Origin: Tequatrovirus LF73P3
Length of the DNA: 64,000 bases
Sequence record: OZ035756.1
Direction: 5' to 3' (one strand)
In this document: piece by piece, positions 48,875 to 58,436 of the stretch
Numbering within the stretch: position 1 is the stretch's first letter
Layout of the letters: each line of letters opens with the position of its first letter
Notes under the pieces: model-generated
The model's database searches: none
Told to the model about the DNA's origin: nothing
What the model saw: the letters and a program-made list of their open reading frames with translations, nothing else
Made by a program: the position numbers and the translations under genes

Positions 48875-49090
48875 TTAAGCCTTTTTATCAAGAACAGCAT
48901 TCAGTTTGTTAGTAATTTTATCCAGACGCTCATTGAACTCGCTAGAAGACAGTCCTTTTTCTGGAGAAATCAAACTAATCACGAAAAATATAGCAATAAA
49001 AGGAATAAGGAAAATAGCTCCAACTGCCATAAACAGAAAGAATGTTACAGTTGTAAGAAAATCAGCTAAACCTTTGCGAAATTTATACAT
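48875..49090 (-). CDS. hypothetical membrane protein (71 aa)
   Basis: one long hydrophobic segment. Confidence 0.4.
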   Translation of the reverse strand: MYKFRKGLADFLTTVTFFLFMAVGAIFLIPFIAIFFVISLISPEKGLSSSEFNERLDKITNKLNAVLDKKA

Positions 49091-49205
49091 ATTTTACCCT
49101 TAATTGATTAACCAAGCATTGATAAGCACTAAACTATATTGTGAATAAAATTCTGGACCAAAATGAAAAATCATATCATTTATAGTGTCCATGATATAAT
49201 TCAAT

Positions 49206-49676
49206 TTAATCATGTTTCCACACCCCATCGGTATTTGACCAAAGTCGCTGATTATCTGATCCTCGCCACAGCTTTTTGGTCGGAAGATTTTTCTCATACT
49301 TCCCATCAATAATAACATCAACATATTTAAGCATTTCTAGTTGTTTAATATCTTCAAACTTATATCCTGTCCACACCCAAATGCTTTTATTCGGATAAAG
49401 ATTTTTTACTGTTTGAACAATGCAATGAACAACATCTCGGTTATCAGGATAAAGAGGGTCTCCTCCAGTTATAGTTAATCCTTCTATATAATCATTATTC
49501 AAACATTTAATTAATTGTTCCAGTGTTTCACCAGTGAATGGAACGCCATTTCTAGCATTCCACGTTGATTTATTATAACACCCTTCGCATTTATGCAAAC
49601 AACCTGTAACGAAAAGAACGACCCTGCATCCAGGGCCATTCACAAAATCGCAGGGATAAAATCTATCGTAATTCAT
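49206..49676 (-). CDS. nrdG: NrdG anaerobic ribonucleotide reductase activase (radical SAM)
   Basis: 156 aa, CxxxCxxC motif (CLHKCEGCYN). Confidence 0.85.
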   Translation of the reverse strand: MNYDRFYPCDFVNGPGCRVVLFVTGCLHKCEGCYNKSTWNARNGVPFTGETLEQLIKCLNNDYIEGLTITGGDPLYPDNRDVVHCIVQTVKNLYPNKSIWVWTGYKFEDIKQLEMLKYVDVIIDGKYEKNLPTKKLWRGSDNQRLWSNTDGVWKHD

Positions 49677-51490
49677 TGGTGTTTAACCCTATGCATGATT
49701 TCTTTATTTTTGCCGAGATTAAATCCGCGCTCGTTCGGATTTCCCAAATAGCCGCATGTTCTTCTTATTGTGTTCATCTTTTTAGGATCAGTTTCTCCAC
49801 AAATAGAACAAACAAATCCGTTTTCAGTAGGAGTCATTTCATGGGTACTTCCGCATGTAAAACATTTATCTACTGGCATGTTAACACCAAAATAATCTAA
49901 ATGTTGTGCGGCATAATCCCATACAGCCTCAAGACCTTTTAGGTTATTTTTCATATCAGGAAGTTCAACATAAGAAATGTGACCGCCTGTTGCAATGAAA
50001 TGATATGGTGCTTCGCGAGAAATCTTTTCAAACGGAGTAATATTTTCTTCTACTGAAACGTGGAAACTGTTAGTGTACCAGCCTTTATCAGTAACATCCT
50101 TTACACTTCCATATTTTTCGGTATCAAGTTTACAGAAGCGATAGCACAGGTTTTCAGCAGGTGTAGAATACAAACTAAAAGCAAAACCAGTTCTTTCAGT
50201 CCACTGCTTAAGACGAGCATTCATTTTAGTTAAAATTTCCTGTCCAATATCACGACCGACAAGAATATTCAATTCATGAATACCAATGTATCCTAAAGAC
50301 ACCGAACTTCTACCGTTTTTAAATAACTCAATTATGTCGTCATCAGGTTTAAGACGAACCCCGAATGCACCTTCTTGGTAAAGAATAGGAGCTACAGTTG
50401 CTTTAACTCCTTTTAAGGAACTAATTCTACACATCAAAGCTTCAAAACACAGATCCATTCGTTCATTGAACAATTCGGCAAATTTCTGTTCATTGAACTG
50501 TGTTCCAATATAAGAATCTAATGCAATGCGAGGAAGATTCAGTGTTACAACACCAAGATTATTACGTCCATCAAGAATTTCATTACCAGTCGAATCTTTC
50601 CATACACTCAAGAAACTACGACAACCCATTGGAGAAACAGGAATAGATGAACCGGTGATAGCTTTATTGTTCTTAGCCGAAATGATGTCAGGATACATTC
50701 TTTTGCTTGCACACTCTAGAGCAAGCTGCTTAATATCATAGTTTGGATCGTCTTTATAAAGATTAACACCTTCTTCAACGAACATAACAAGCTTAGGGAA
50801 AATAGGAGTTATCCCATCGCGACCAAGGCCTTTAATACGATTTTTCAGAATTGCTTTCTGAATCATTCGTTCAGTCCAGTCAGTTCCCGTACCAAACGTA
50901 ATTGTTACAAAAGGCGTTTGTCCGTTTGAACTAAAGAGAGTATTTACTTCATATTCATAAGCTTGGAATGCATCGTATACGTCTTTTTCTGTTTTAGATT
51001 GGGCATAATTCAATGCATCAGCGATTTGCCATTTTTCTGCATCCTCAATATGTTTTGCATAGGTGCGTTTAACATAAGGAGAAAGTACTTTATCTACATT
51101 CGCAAAAGTCGTTCCGCCATATTGATGGGAAGCAACCTGTGCAGTAATTTGTGCCATAATTGCAGTGGCAACGCCGATTGATTTAGGAGTTTCAATCTGT
51201 GCATTACCTAATTTAAATCCATTCTCAAGCATCCCCTTTAAATCGACTAAACAGCAATTAGTAAATGGAAGAGCAGGAGAATAATCAATATCATGCACGT
51301 GAATGATTCCGCTTTCATGCGCATTCATAATAAAAGACGGGACCATATTTTTGGCAATGTGTTTAGACACAATACCAGCCATAAGGTCCCGTTGAGTTGG
51401 AAAAACACGAGAATCTTTATTAGCATTCTCGTTTAAAAGGTCTTTATTAGTTTTATGAATCAATCCTTCAATTTCTTTTTCAATTGTCAT
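49673..51490 (-). CDS. nrdD: NrdD anaerobic ribonucleotide reductase, uninterrupted
   Basis: 605 aa continuous ORF with C-terminal glycyl-radical motif and zinc ribbon (CFTCGSTHEMT...CSICG). Confidence 0.9.
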   Translation of the reverse strand: MTIEKEIEGLIHKTNKDLLNENANKDSRVFPTQRDLMAGIVSKHIAKNMVPSFIMNAHESGIIHVHDIDYSPALPFTNCCLVDLKGMLENGFKLGNAQIETPKSIGVATAIMAQITAQVASHQYGGTTFANVDKVLSPYVKRTYAKHIEDAEKWQIADALNYAQSKTEKDVYDAFQAYEYEVNTLFSSNGQTPFVTITFGTGTDWTERMIQKAILKNRIKGLGRDGITPIFPKLVMFVEEGVNLYKDDPNYDIKQLALECASKRMYPDIISAKNNKAITGSSIPVSPMGCRSFLSVWKDSTGNEILDGRNNLGVVTLNLPRIALDSYIGTQFNEQKFAELFNERMDLCFEALMCRISSLKGVKATVAPILYQEGAFGVRLKPDDDIIELFKNGRSSVSLGYIGIHELNILVGRDIGQEILTKMNARLKQWTERTGFAFSLYSTPAENLCYRFCKLDTEKYGSVKDVTDKGWYTNSFHVSVEENITPFEKISREAPYHFIATGGHISYVELPDMKNNLKGLEAVWDYAAQHLDYFGVNMPVDKCFTCGSTHEMTPTENGFVCSICGETDPKKMNTIRRTCGYLGNPNERGFNLGKNKEIMHRVKHQ

Positions 51491-51960
51491 TTTAAACTCT
51501 TTCTAAGCTGCTTCTTAAATGAAGCTATTAATTGTGTTTTGGTGTCAGATTCATTATATTCAAATCCTCTTTGAAGCATCTCAGCCATCATTTCCTCTTT
51601 TCCTAAACGAGAAAATTCCTTTGATTTATCTCCAACGAAGTTAGGGTGAATATTATTTTGGGTGTAATCGGATTTTAAATAAGTAAGTAAATTTTCTAAC
51701 CATTCAAGATAATCAACACCTTGTCCCTTTAAGCCAGAACGATTAAATTTGTGCTTCATTTGACCTTCCGCAGCATTGCAAAGATTACAGAGCAATCCAC
51801 GTACCTTTCCTGCTTTTGGTCCATTTAATTCGTGGTCATGGTCGAGGTGATTAGCTTGAACATCAGGATTTAGTTCTCGTTGGCAAATTAAGCATTTACC
51901 ATTTTGCGCATTATAAAATTTTTGTTTTTCTTCTTTGTATAATTTGCCAGTCAATAACAT
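51487..51960 (-). CDS. 49: gp49 endonuclease VII (Holliday junction resolvase)
   Basis: 157 aa, zinc-binding CxxC pairs and HNH-like core. Confidence 0.85.
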   Translation of the reverse strand: MLLTGKLYKEEKQKFYNAQNGKCLICQRELNPDVQANHLDHDHELNGPKAGKVRGLLCNLCNAAEGQMKHKFNRSGLKGQGVDYLEWLENLLTYLKSDYTQNNIHPNFVGDKSKEFSRLGKEEMMAEMLQRGFEYNESDTKTQLIASFKKQLRKSLK

Positions 51961-52178
51961 AATAAAACCCTTACCTTAAATAGATAAGGGTATTTATTAT
52001 TTTCAAGTATTGTAAAACATTCGATGCAATCGCTTATATTGCCGAATCATCTTTTTAGTAGGTCGAACATAAGTTCCTACACAAGTGGTCATATTAGAGT
52101 CGGTAGGACTTCCTTTAATAAAAAGTTTCCAAACCTTACCACCATTTAACTTTTCAGTATAAATTAATTCGGTTTTCA

Positions 52179-52643
52179 TTAAAACGCTCGGTCAGAAAAA
52201 GAATTTTGAGTTTCAAGCCATTCAATATATTCTGCCGCAGCTTGCATTAAATTTCCTTCATAACCATCGTTATTTTCTTGTGCAGCTAATTTAGCCAATG
52301 CGTATGAAATACGTTCACCCTGAAAAGCGGCTTTAGGTTTATGAATAGCTTGATCAACTCGTTCTACAACTTCTTCAATTTCGCCATTTTCTACTGATTC
52401 AGTATTCCACAAGCACCAATACGTAATTGGCTTATCATAGATGTTAATAACCTTTCCGTCAGAAAGTTCAATTTCAATAATTCCAGTATCAGGTTCTATG
52501 TCATCTTCACATTCTTTTGCAAGTTCACGAACTTTAAATACAGTACCTGCACTAAGTTCCGGCCAGTAATTACACAGCCCTTTATCAGCACGATTAATTC
52601 TAAACCACTTATCTACTGCAATCATGTCCCATCTCCATATCAA
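52179..52643 (-). CDS. hypothetical protein (154 aa), possibly pin
   Basis: position between 49 and nrdC. Confidence 0.4.
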   Translation of the reverse strand: MIWRWDMIAVDKWFRINRADKGLCNYWPELSAGTVFKVRELAKECEDDIEPDTGIIEIELSDGKVINIYDKPITYWCLWNTESVENGEIEEVVERVDQAIHKPKAAFQGERISYALAKLAAQENNDGYEGNLMQAAAEYIEWLETQNSFSDRAF

Positions 52644-52748
52644 TTATGTCATTTATCGTTGGTTCATTATATACTGTTTCTTCATCAGTGTAAACCGGTT
52701 CTTCCGGCTCTGGCTCTACAGTTTCCCATCTAGCCGCCCACCAAGGTT

Positions 52749-53096
52749 TTATAGCGTAATCCATTCTCGTACTGTCTGAGTTACTACGCGTTCACGGGGC
52801 TCGACTAGTTCAACAGTTGGAACTGCATAATACCAGTCAGAATGGTAAGAACCTGAGCGAGTTTCATTTACAGACACATGAACGTTATGTTTTGGACTAA
52901 AATAAACACACTGACGATATTGGCATTTGCCATCTTGTACCCAATCTTCTATTTCGACAGGTTTAAGATAATCCGAAAAATCGAAATCATAATTTTCTGA
53001 AAATCCATCATGGTCTTCGATGATTTCGCTCAGAACTGCATCAACATCGTAAATCATATTTACCCCAGTTTGACCATACAATCGCCATATTTCCAT
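52749..53096 (-). CDS. hypothetical protein (115 aa)
   Basis: six-frame ORF. Confidence 0.4.
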   Translation of the reverse strand: MEIWRLYGQTGVNMIYDVDAVLSEIIEDHDGFSENYDFDFSDYLKPVEIEDWVQDGKCQYRQCVYFSPKHNVHVSVNETRSGSYHSDWYYAVPTVELVEPRERVVTQTVREWITL

Positions 53097-53275
53097 TTAG
53101 AAATAGACTTTTCACCATTAGAATAATAAACTTCGAGTTTAGCACGATTATTTTTAATTTGAATAACTTTGGCTGTCATCAAAGTTCCATACCCATAGTA
53201 AACTGCAACCTCATCACCTACATATACCGCGCTTCCGCGGTAGTCATGGATATAATCAGTTCCTTCGAGCATCAT
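53060..53275 (-). CDS. hypothetical protein (71 aa)
   Basis: six-frame ORF. Confidence 0.4.
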   Translation of the reverse strand: MMLEGTDYIHDYRGSAVYVGDEVAVYYGYGTLMTAKVIQIKNNRAKLEVYYSNGEKSISKWKYGDCMVKLG

Positions 53276-53535
53276 TTAAAGTATTCCCGCAATTGGTCAA
53301 ATCCACCAATATGACTTCCATCAGAAGCAAATACTTGTGGCATCGTCAAACCAATTTGAGTATCACGACCCAGTTTCGTTAGAAGCTCAGCGATTTTCTC
53401 ATCATCAAAAACACCTTTTTCCGGCATAATGTTGATAAATTCAAACGGCTGTTTCTTCACAGTCAAAAGACGTTTTGCATTATCACAATACACGCATTTA
53501 TGAATGTTGCTATCATAACCATATACTTTAAACAT
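53272..53535 (-). CDS. nrdC: NrdC thioredoxin
   Basis: 87 aa, active site CVYC, matches recalled T4 NrdC. Confidence 0.85.
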   Translation of the reverse strand: MFKVYGYDSNIHKCVYCDNAKRLLTVKKQPFEFINIMPEKGVFDDEKIAELLTKLGRDTQIGLTMPQVFASDGSHIGGFDQLREYFK

Positions 53536-53536
53536 A

Positions 53537-53794
53537 TTATTCCTTAATTCCTAGTACTTGTTTAAAAGTCTCGTCGTAATCAAGACTTTGGCCAGTTTGT
53601 TCTTTATGTTTGTATATAATATCACTTACTTCTGATAGCATATTTTTATATGAACGGGTTAAAGCAGATTTAAGCACGCTGTATCTATCAGGAAATTTAC
53701 CATGTTCATTATAATACGCTATTGCTAATTCACGGACTGCCTTTTCAGCAGTCTCCATATATTCTTTACGCTTTGTCATTTTCTTCTCGGTCAA
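53537..53794 (-). CDS. hypothetical protein (85 aa)
   Basis: six-frame ORF. Confidence 0.4.
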
Positions 53795-54083
53795 ATCGGT
53801 GTTTGCAATGACGGCATTTATAACGAAGATTACTAGTCTGCCAATGAATTAATTGAACCTGTTCAGTACCGCATTCAGGACAATTAGGAACGTTTTTAGA
53901 AGCCCTTTCGCGACGTTCAACCATAACCATAATAGCATCCCAGGCTGGAGGTTTAAAATCTAAATCATCACAACCATGAATCTTTCCACGCATTTCCAGA
54001 TCGTCTTCTTCACCAGCCATAATAATTTTAATTAGACTGGAATTACTTGAAGCTGCAATATCTTCTAATAGACGCTTTTTCAT
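53766..54083 (-). CDS. zinc-ribbon protein (105 aa)
   Basis: [10 protein letters not shown]...[11 protein letters not shown]4 ribbon. Confidence 0.45.
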
Positions 54084-55006
54084 TTCAGCACCTCAATAGC
54101 ATTACGTAAACCATTTGCTTTGGCGGTTAAAGCCTTAAGAACTTTAGTATGATCTTCAATCTGTTTTTCAACTTCAATTAAGCGTGTATTAAGATATTCG
54201 CGTTCTTCGCTCAGATTATCAGCCTTTTCTGCTTTAGGTTCTTTTACAACTGGCTTATATGTATTAGGGTTCTTCAGTTTAATTAGAATGCGTGAACTGT
54301 ATAACATTGAACCATTATCTTCGGTTTCGTCATACATTTCCACTACGTCCATCATCTCCACCATCGTGCAGAGTTTATAAGACAACGAACGAATAGTTTT
54401 GTTATGCTTATTAATTTCTCTAGCTGTCATGGTGCCGAGATTACGTGAGTAATAATAAGGAACCTGGATATTAATTAATACTGATGAACCACCTGGCTTG
54501 TGTGTTACTTCATCAGCAATAACCCAATCCTTAACATGAACTGTATTTGTACGGTCATCACCCGCGGTAAATAGTTTGCGAGCATGCTTAAAAAGCATAT
54601 TCACTTGGTCATTGAATTGACAAGCAAATTTATCAGCAAATTTAGTTTCAGGAATGGTAGATAACCAATCAGCCAAGTGGGTCTTTTTAACATCGTTAAC
54701 AATAGTAAATTCAACCAAATCAGTTATAGATGTCGCAGATTTAATGAAGCTCGGCTTCATAAAGTTTTCAATGTTATCACGAGCTATCACAGAAGATAGT
54801 AATCGGGAACGTTTGAACCACTCTAGCAAAGAACCAAGAGAATGTGAATATGCATTTTGTGTATCTTTACAAATATGGTTTTCCCATCCAATATAGTCTA
54901 AAAAATCACGAAGAATATTATTGATTACTTCTCTGTGTCCGATCTGATAATTGCGGTGTTTAGTAATAAGACTGTCAAAATAATCAATATAATGTTTACG
55001 AGTCAT
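54080..55006 (-). CDS. hypothetical protein with C-terminal coiled coil (about 309 aa), family member A
   Basis: ATG at 55006 with SD GAGGAG; track start lies upstream of the promoter. Confidence 0.55.
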   Translation of the reverse strand: MTRKHYIDYFDSLITKHRNYQIGHREVINNILRDFLDYIGWENHICKDTQNAYSHSLGSLLEWFKRSRLLSSVIARDNIENFMKPSFIKSATSITDLVEFTIVNDVKKTHLADWLSTIPETKFADKFACQFNDQVNMLFKHARKLFTAGDDRTNTVHVKDWVIADEVTHKPGGSSVLINIQVPYYYSRNLGTMTAREINKHNKTIRSLSYKLCTMVEMMDVVEMYDETEDNGSMLYSSRILIKLKNPNTYKPVVKEPKAEKADNLSEEREYLNTRLIEVEKQIEDHTKVLKALTAKANGLRNAIEVLK

Positions 55007-55034
55007 ATTAATCTCCTCAGTAGAAAGTAAGAAC

Positions 55035-55064
55035 ATTATACCACATCCTTGTGGCAAAGTAAAC
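55035..55064 (-). promoter_or_regulatory. Early promoter (GTTTAC, CCACAAGGATGTGG spacer, TGGTATAAT)
   Basis: near-identical to promoter at 11940..11969. Confidence 0.6.
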
Positions 55065-56083
55065 TAGTTTAGTGCATTTAGTGCATTGTTCAGTTTAGAA
55101 CGTTGCTTCGTAAGATTTTTGACTTTTTCTTGAGCTTTTTCTAGCATCTTTTCAGCTTCTAACACTTCATTAGTTGCTTTAACGAGTTCATCATCTACTG
55201 CCTTGATAGACTTCTCAATCGCATCCGCGTGCCATTTTTCAACAGGTTTAAGACTCGGATTTTCAACAGGAAGAAAATTCACTTTATTGAATTTCCATGC
55301 ATCATTATTACCTGAACTATACATCCAAAATTTAGGATCGTTTGATGAGCAATTGGATAAATTTAAGTTATCTTGCACTTCCTGCTTTTTCTCTTGCGGG
55401 ACTTCGTCCTTTCTCAAAAAATCGTATTTAAATGAAACGATCATATCAAGTTCATACGTTGTTGTATGTTCCCAATTTCGCTCAAAATGAGGTAAAATCT
55501 TAGACTGAACAGCGGCAACAACATCCATATACTTAAATGCTTCTGTCAACTGTGATTTAAGGCATTCGCAAATTGAAAGAGAATTTTTTGTATTAGGTTT
55601 AAAGCTAATTCGCGCAGTTCTGTTATTTTCTTTTAATGGTCTTACTTCCATCTGAAGAGTATAACCATCAAATTTCAGATTCTTTAAGTTAATATCAGAA
55701 CCTTTTAATCGACTCGCAATTGATAAAATTTGTTTTAATTGTTTACGGAATAGAGCAATAAATCTCCATTCAATACGATAATGATTTGGATTGAAAAATC
55801 CAGATGATAAATCGACCTTACTTTGACCAACGCCTTGAACAAATAGAGGATTTTTATAATCAATAGTTTTACAGAAATCGGTGAGCTGCTCACGAGCCGT
55901 CATTTGCGTAATATACCCTGCTTCGCTAAAATTACGCACCCATTCACTGCTATTCGTATATTTAAAATGAATATCACTATTAACTTTATCAGGGTCTAAA
56001 TTATTTTGGCATAAAAATGTCATAACATCACGAGTATAGCTGGCATTACGAACCATATCTTCAATTTGAGAACGAGTTTTCAT
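55064..56083 (-). CDS. hypothetical protein with C-terminal coiled coil (339 aa), family member B
   Basis: ATG with SD AAGGAA; shares motif L..A.RLKG.D with member C. Confidence 0.55.
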   Translation of the reverse strand: MKTRSQIEDMVRNASYTRDVMTFLCQNNLDPDKVNSDIHFKYTNSSEWVRNFSEAGYITQMTAREQLTDFCKTIDYKNPLFVQGVGQSKVDLSSGFFNPNHYRIEWRFIALFRKQLKQILSIASRLKGSDINLKNLKFDGYTLQMEVRPLKENNRTARISFKPNTKNSLSICECLKSQLTEAFKYMDVVAAVQSKILPHFERNWEHTTTYELDMIVSFKYDFLRKDEVPQEKKQEVQDNLNLSNCSSNDPKFWMYSSGNNDAWKFNKVNFLPVENPSLKPVEKWHADAIEKSIKAVDDELVKATNEVLEAEKMLEKAQEKVKNLTKQRSKLNNALNALN

Positions 56084-56091
56084 GGTATTCC

Positions 56092-56979
56092 TTAAGATTT
56101 AAGTAAATCGACAATTTTAATTAACTTTTCACGCTCAGATTTAGCTTTACTACTCAGTCCAGATAGTCTGAAAATTTCATCATCATATTGTTGAATAGAA
56201 ATATTCAGCTCTTCAATCTGTTTATTAAAATAATCAATTTGTTCAGAATGTTTTTCGTTACTACGAACTGGCACAGGTTTCGTAGGCAATGTAGTTGAAC
56301 TGGATTCATTCGGGCGATAAATTAAAATACAACTTGAACCGATAGGGCATTTTGCACCAGATGAATATTCTAATGTTCCAGCTTCTTTTAAAATTTCAAA
56401 AGCTAAACAGAGATGATGCCCCATATTGACATAATCTGTAGAGCGAGCTCTGATATAATAATCAATGCCACGAGTACTAAATTTAAAGCATTTAAGGTCT
56501 TCTGTATTATTGGTCTTAAAAATCATTTGTTTATCTAGACCTTTAGCTAATCGAGCGCCCAATGCTAATAATCGTCGTTGATTTTCCCACAAATCCGTAA
56601 TCATTTGATCGAATGATAATTTTGGCATTAGTCGACCATAAAGGTCATATCCTTTATTATAATTACGAAGGATTTCACTCGCGTTAATACGAGACAATGC
56701 TCCAATTTTATTAAGGGCTTTCATAATGCGATTAGATAAAAGCATTCCAGACCCGTTTGTTCGCTGTAAATGTTTTTCTAATCCAAATCCAATATCAACT
56801 TTAAACTTATCTAAAATTTCGGCATGAACATCTTTATCAATAACATTCAAATCCAAAGTTGGGTTAAATCTATGAAAAAATTTATCTGGCTCTCCACGAC
56901 GAAGTACAGTCCATTCGTTCGATTTTTTATTAACTAAAGATTTAATTACTGCATTGACATTATTAATTACTACTGACAT
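56092..56979 (-). CDS. hypothetical protein with C-terminal coiled coil (about 295 aa), family member C
   Basis: ATG at 56979 with SD GAGGA; track start is TTG 5 codons upstream. Confidence 0.55.
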   Translation of the reverse strand: MSVVINNVNAVIKSLVNKKSNEWTVLRRGEPDKFFHRFNPTLDLNVIDKDVHAEILDKFKVDIGFGLEKHLQRTNGSGMLLSNRIMKALNKIGALSRINASEILRNYNKGYDLYGRLMPKLSFDQMITDLWENQRRLLALGARLAKGLDKQMIFKTNNTEDLKCFKFSTRGIDYYIRARSTDYVNMGHHLCLAFEILKEAGTLEYSSGAKCPIGSSCILIYRPNESSSTTLPTKPVPVRSNEKHSEQIDYFNKQIEELNISIQQYDDEIFRLSGLSSKAKSEREKLIKIVDLLKS

Positions 56980-56986
56980 ATTTTCC

Positions 56987-57388
56987 TCACTCAATTTTAC
57001 TGATTATGCGGAATAAGATTGAACAGACTATATAAGTACCACACACAGATTGAACTAATACCATTCCAAAGAACCAAACAATATTATCAAACCATGTCTG
57101 TTTTACGTCGAAAGGACGTAAACTTACAGTAATATTATCGCCTTTTTCTATTGATGAATACATCTCTGGGGAAATATATTCACTAAATCTATAACCGTCT
57201 TTGAGTTCATATACAGCAATAAACGATAAACTAGACCCTTTTCCTTGAGTTCCTGTAAGGGTATTAACTACAGTAACATCATAATCTTTATAATGCATAT
57301 AATCATTAATTGCGTAATAACCATATGCAACTACTACACATAAACAACATATCAATAAATTCAATCTTTTAATTATCAACTGTTTCAT
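56987..57388 (-). CDS. hypothetical membrane protein (133 aa)
   Basis: N-terminal signal anchor and C-terminal TM segment. Confidence 0.45.
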   Translation of the reverse strand: MKQLIIKRLNLLICCLCVVVAYGYYAINDYMHYKDYDVTVVNTLTGTQGKGSSLSFIAVYELKDGYRFSEYISPEMYSSIEKGDNITVSLRPFDVKQTWFDNIVWFFGMVLVQSVCGTYIVCSILFRIISKIE

Positions 57389-57443
57389 AATAATCTCAAT
57401 TAAAAGGGCTTAGAACCATTATACCATCCTTGGTATAAAGCGG

Positions 57444-57971
57444 TTATGCGAGTACCGTCTTTAACCGTTCTTCAAACTTCCGAAGAGTATTTTGGCGTTC
57501 AGCTCTTTGCTTTTTGTAAGTTTCAATACGCTCTGAAATGAGAGAATATCGTTCATTTATTGATTCTTTCATAAAATCAGGAATTTCACGAGAAGCTTTA
57601 ATCTCGTCAAATTTATCAATAACAGCTTGCTCTTCAGCAATTAAGTTATCATACATTAAAATATCTTTCTTGATGAACTCAATATCTTCTTGAGTTACAC
57701 GAGATAATTTAGATGCTTTATCCTTTTTGTACTGTTCATTAGTATCACGAGACCAGTGTAATGTACGATTTTTATTCGTATTTTTGTAAATTTCTACAAT
57801 ACCGATCTCATCAATAATAACGATCCAATTCCAACGGGATTTGTAAATTTGTCCTCCATCAACAGTGATTTCACCTCCGATTGAGATGTCGTTAAAGAAC
57901 TTGCTTTGTGCTTCAGATTTAAATTTACCATCGTTGTAATTTACCAAGTTGAAAATATCTTTAGCGTTCAT
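57444..57971 (-). CDS. hypothetical protein with C-terminal coiled coil (175 aa)
   Basis: ATG within cassette leader, SD GGAGG. Confidence 0.5.
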   Translation of the reverse strand: MNAKDIFNLVNYNDGKFKSEAQSKFFNDISIGGEITVDGGQIYKSRWNWIVIIDEIGIVEIYKNTNKNRTLHWSRDTNEQYKKDKASKLSRVTQEDIEFIKKDILMYDNLIAEEQAVIDKFDEIKASREIPDFMKESINERYSLISERIETYKKQRAERQNTLRKFEERLKTVLA

Positions 57972-57999
57972 TTTCTGTTCCTCCGTAGTTGATAGTTGT

Positions 58000-58029
58000 A
58001 TAGTACCACAGAGGAACAGTCTTGTAAAC
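58000..58029 (-). promoter_or_regulatory. Early promoter cassette (GTTTAC, TGGTACTAT)
   Basis: minus-strand GTTTACaagactgttcctctgtggTACTATACaactatcaactacggaggaacagaaaATG. Confidence 0.6.
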
Positions 58030-58031
58030 CA

Positions 58032-58346
58032 CTAAAAGAAACTTCTTTCACAATTTTTTCCACTGAACCAGGCGCTCACTGCTTTCTTAGTCTCAGGAGC
58101 AGTGTTATCCATAAACCATTCAAAGGCAGCCTTTTTATGATTCTGGAGGGCTTCTCGGGCTTTAATCTGCTCACGGTCTATTAACACTAACATATGAGCC
58201 TTTCTTGTCACCATGGGCTTCTTATGATTTTTTGAATACTCCCAGTCATTTGTCCATCGCATTGTCGTTGCGAACTGAAATACTGCTTCTTTAATTTTAG
58301 TTTCGTAAATTTCACGAGCCTTTGAGTATAACATCACTACCTCCAT
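58032..58346 (-). CDS. hypothetical protein (100-104 aa)
   Basis: two candidate ATG starts, the inner one with SD GGAGG. Confidence 0.45.
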   Translation of the reverse strand: MEVVMLYSKAREIYETKIKEAVFQFATTMRWTNDWEYSKNHKKPMVTRKAHMLVLIDREQIKAREALQNHKKAAFEWFMDNTAPETKKAVSAWFSGKNCERSFF

Positions 58347-58436
58347 TCACCAGTTTAATTCTAGTCATCTTTTTGATGGCAGTCCATATAATCTATTTCT
58401 GAACTGCCTTTTTGTCTTAGAAGGCCTCTTATGAAT

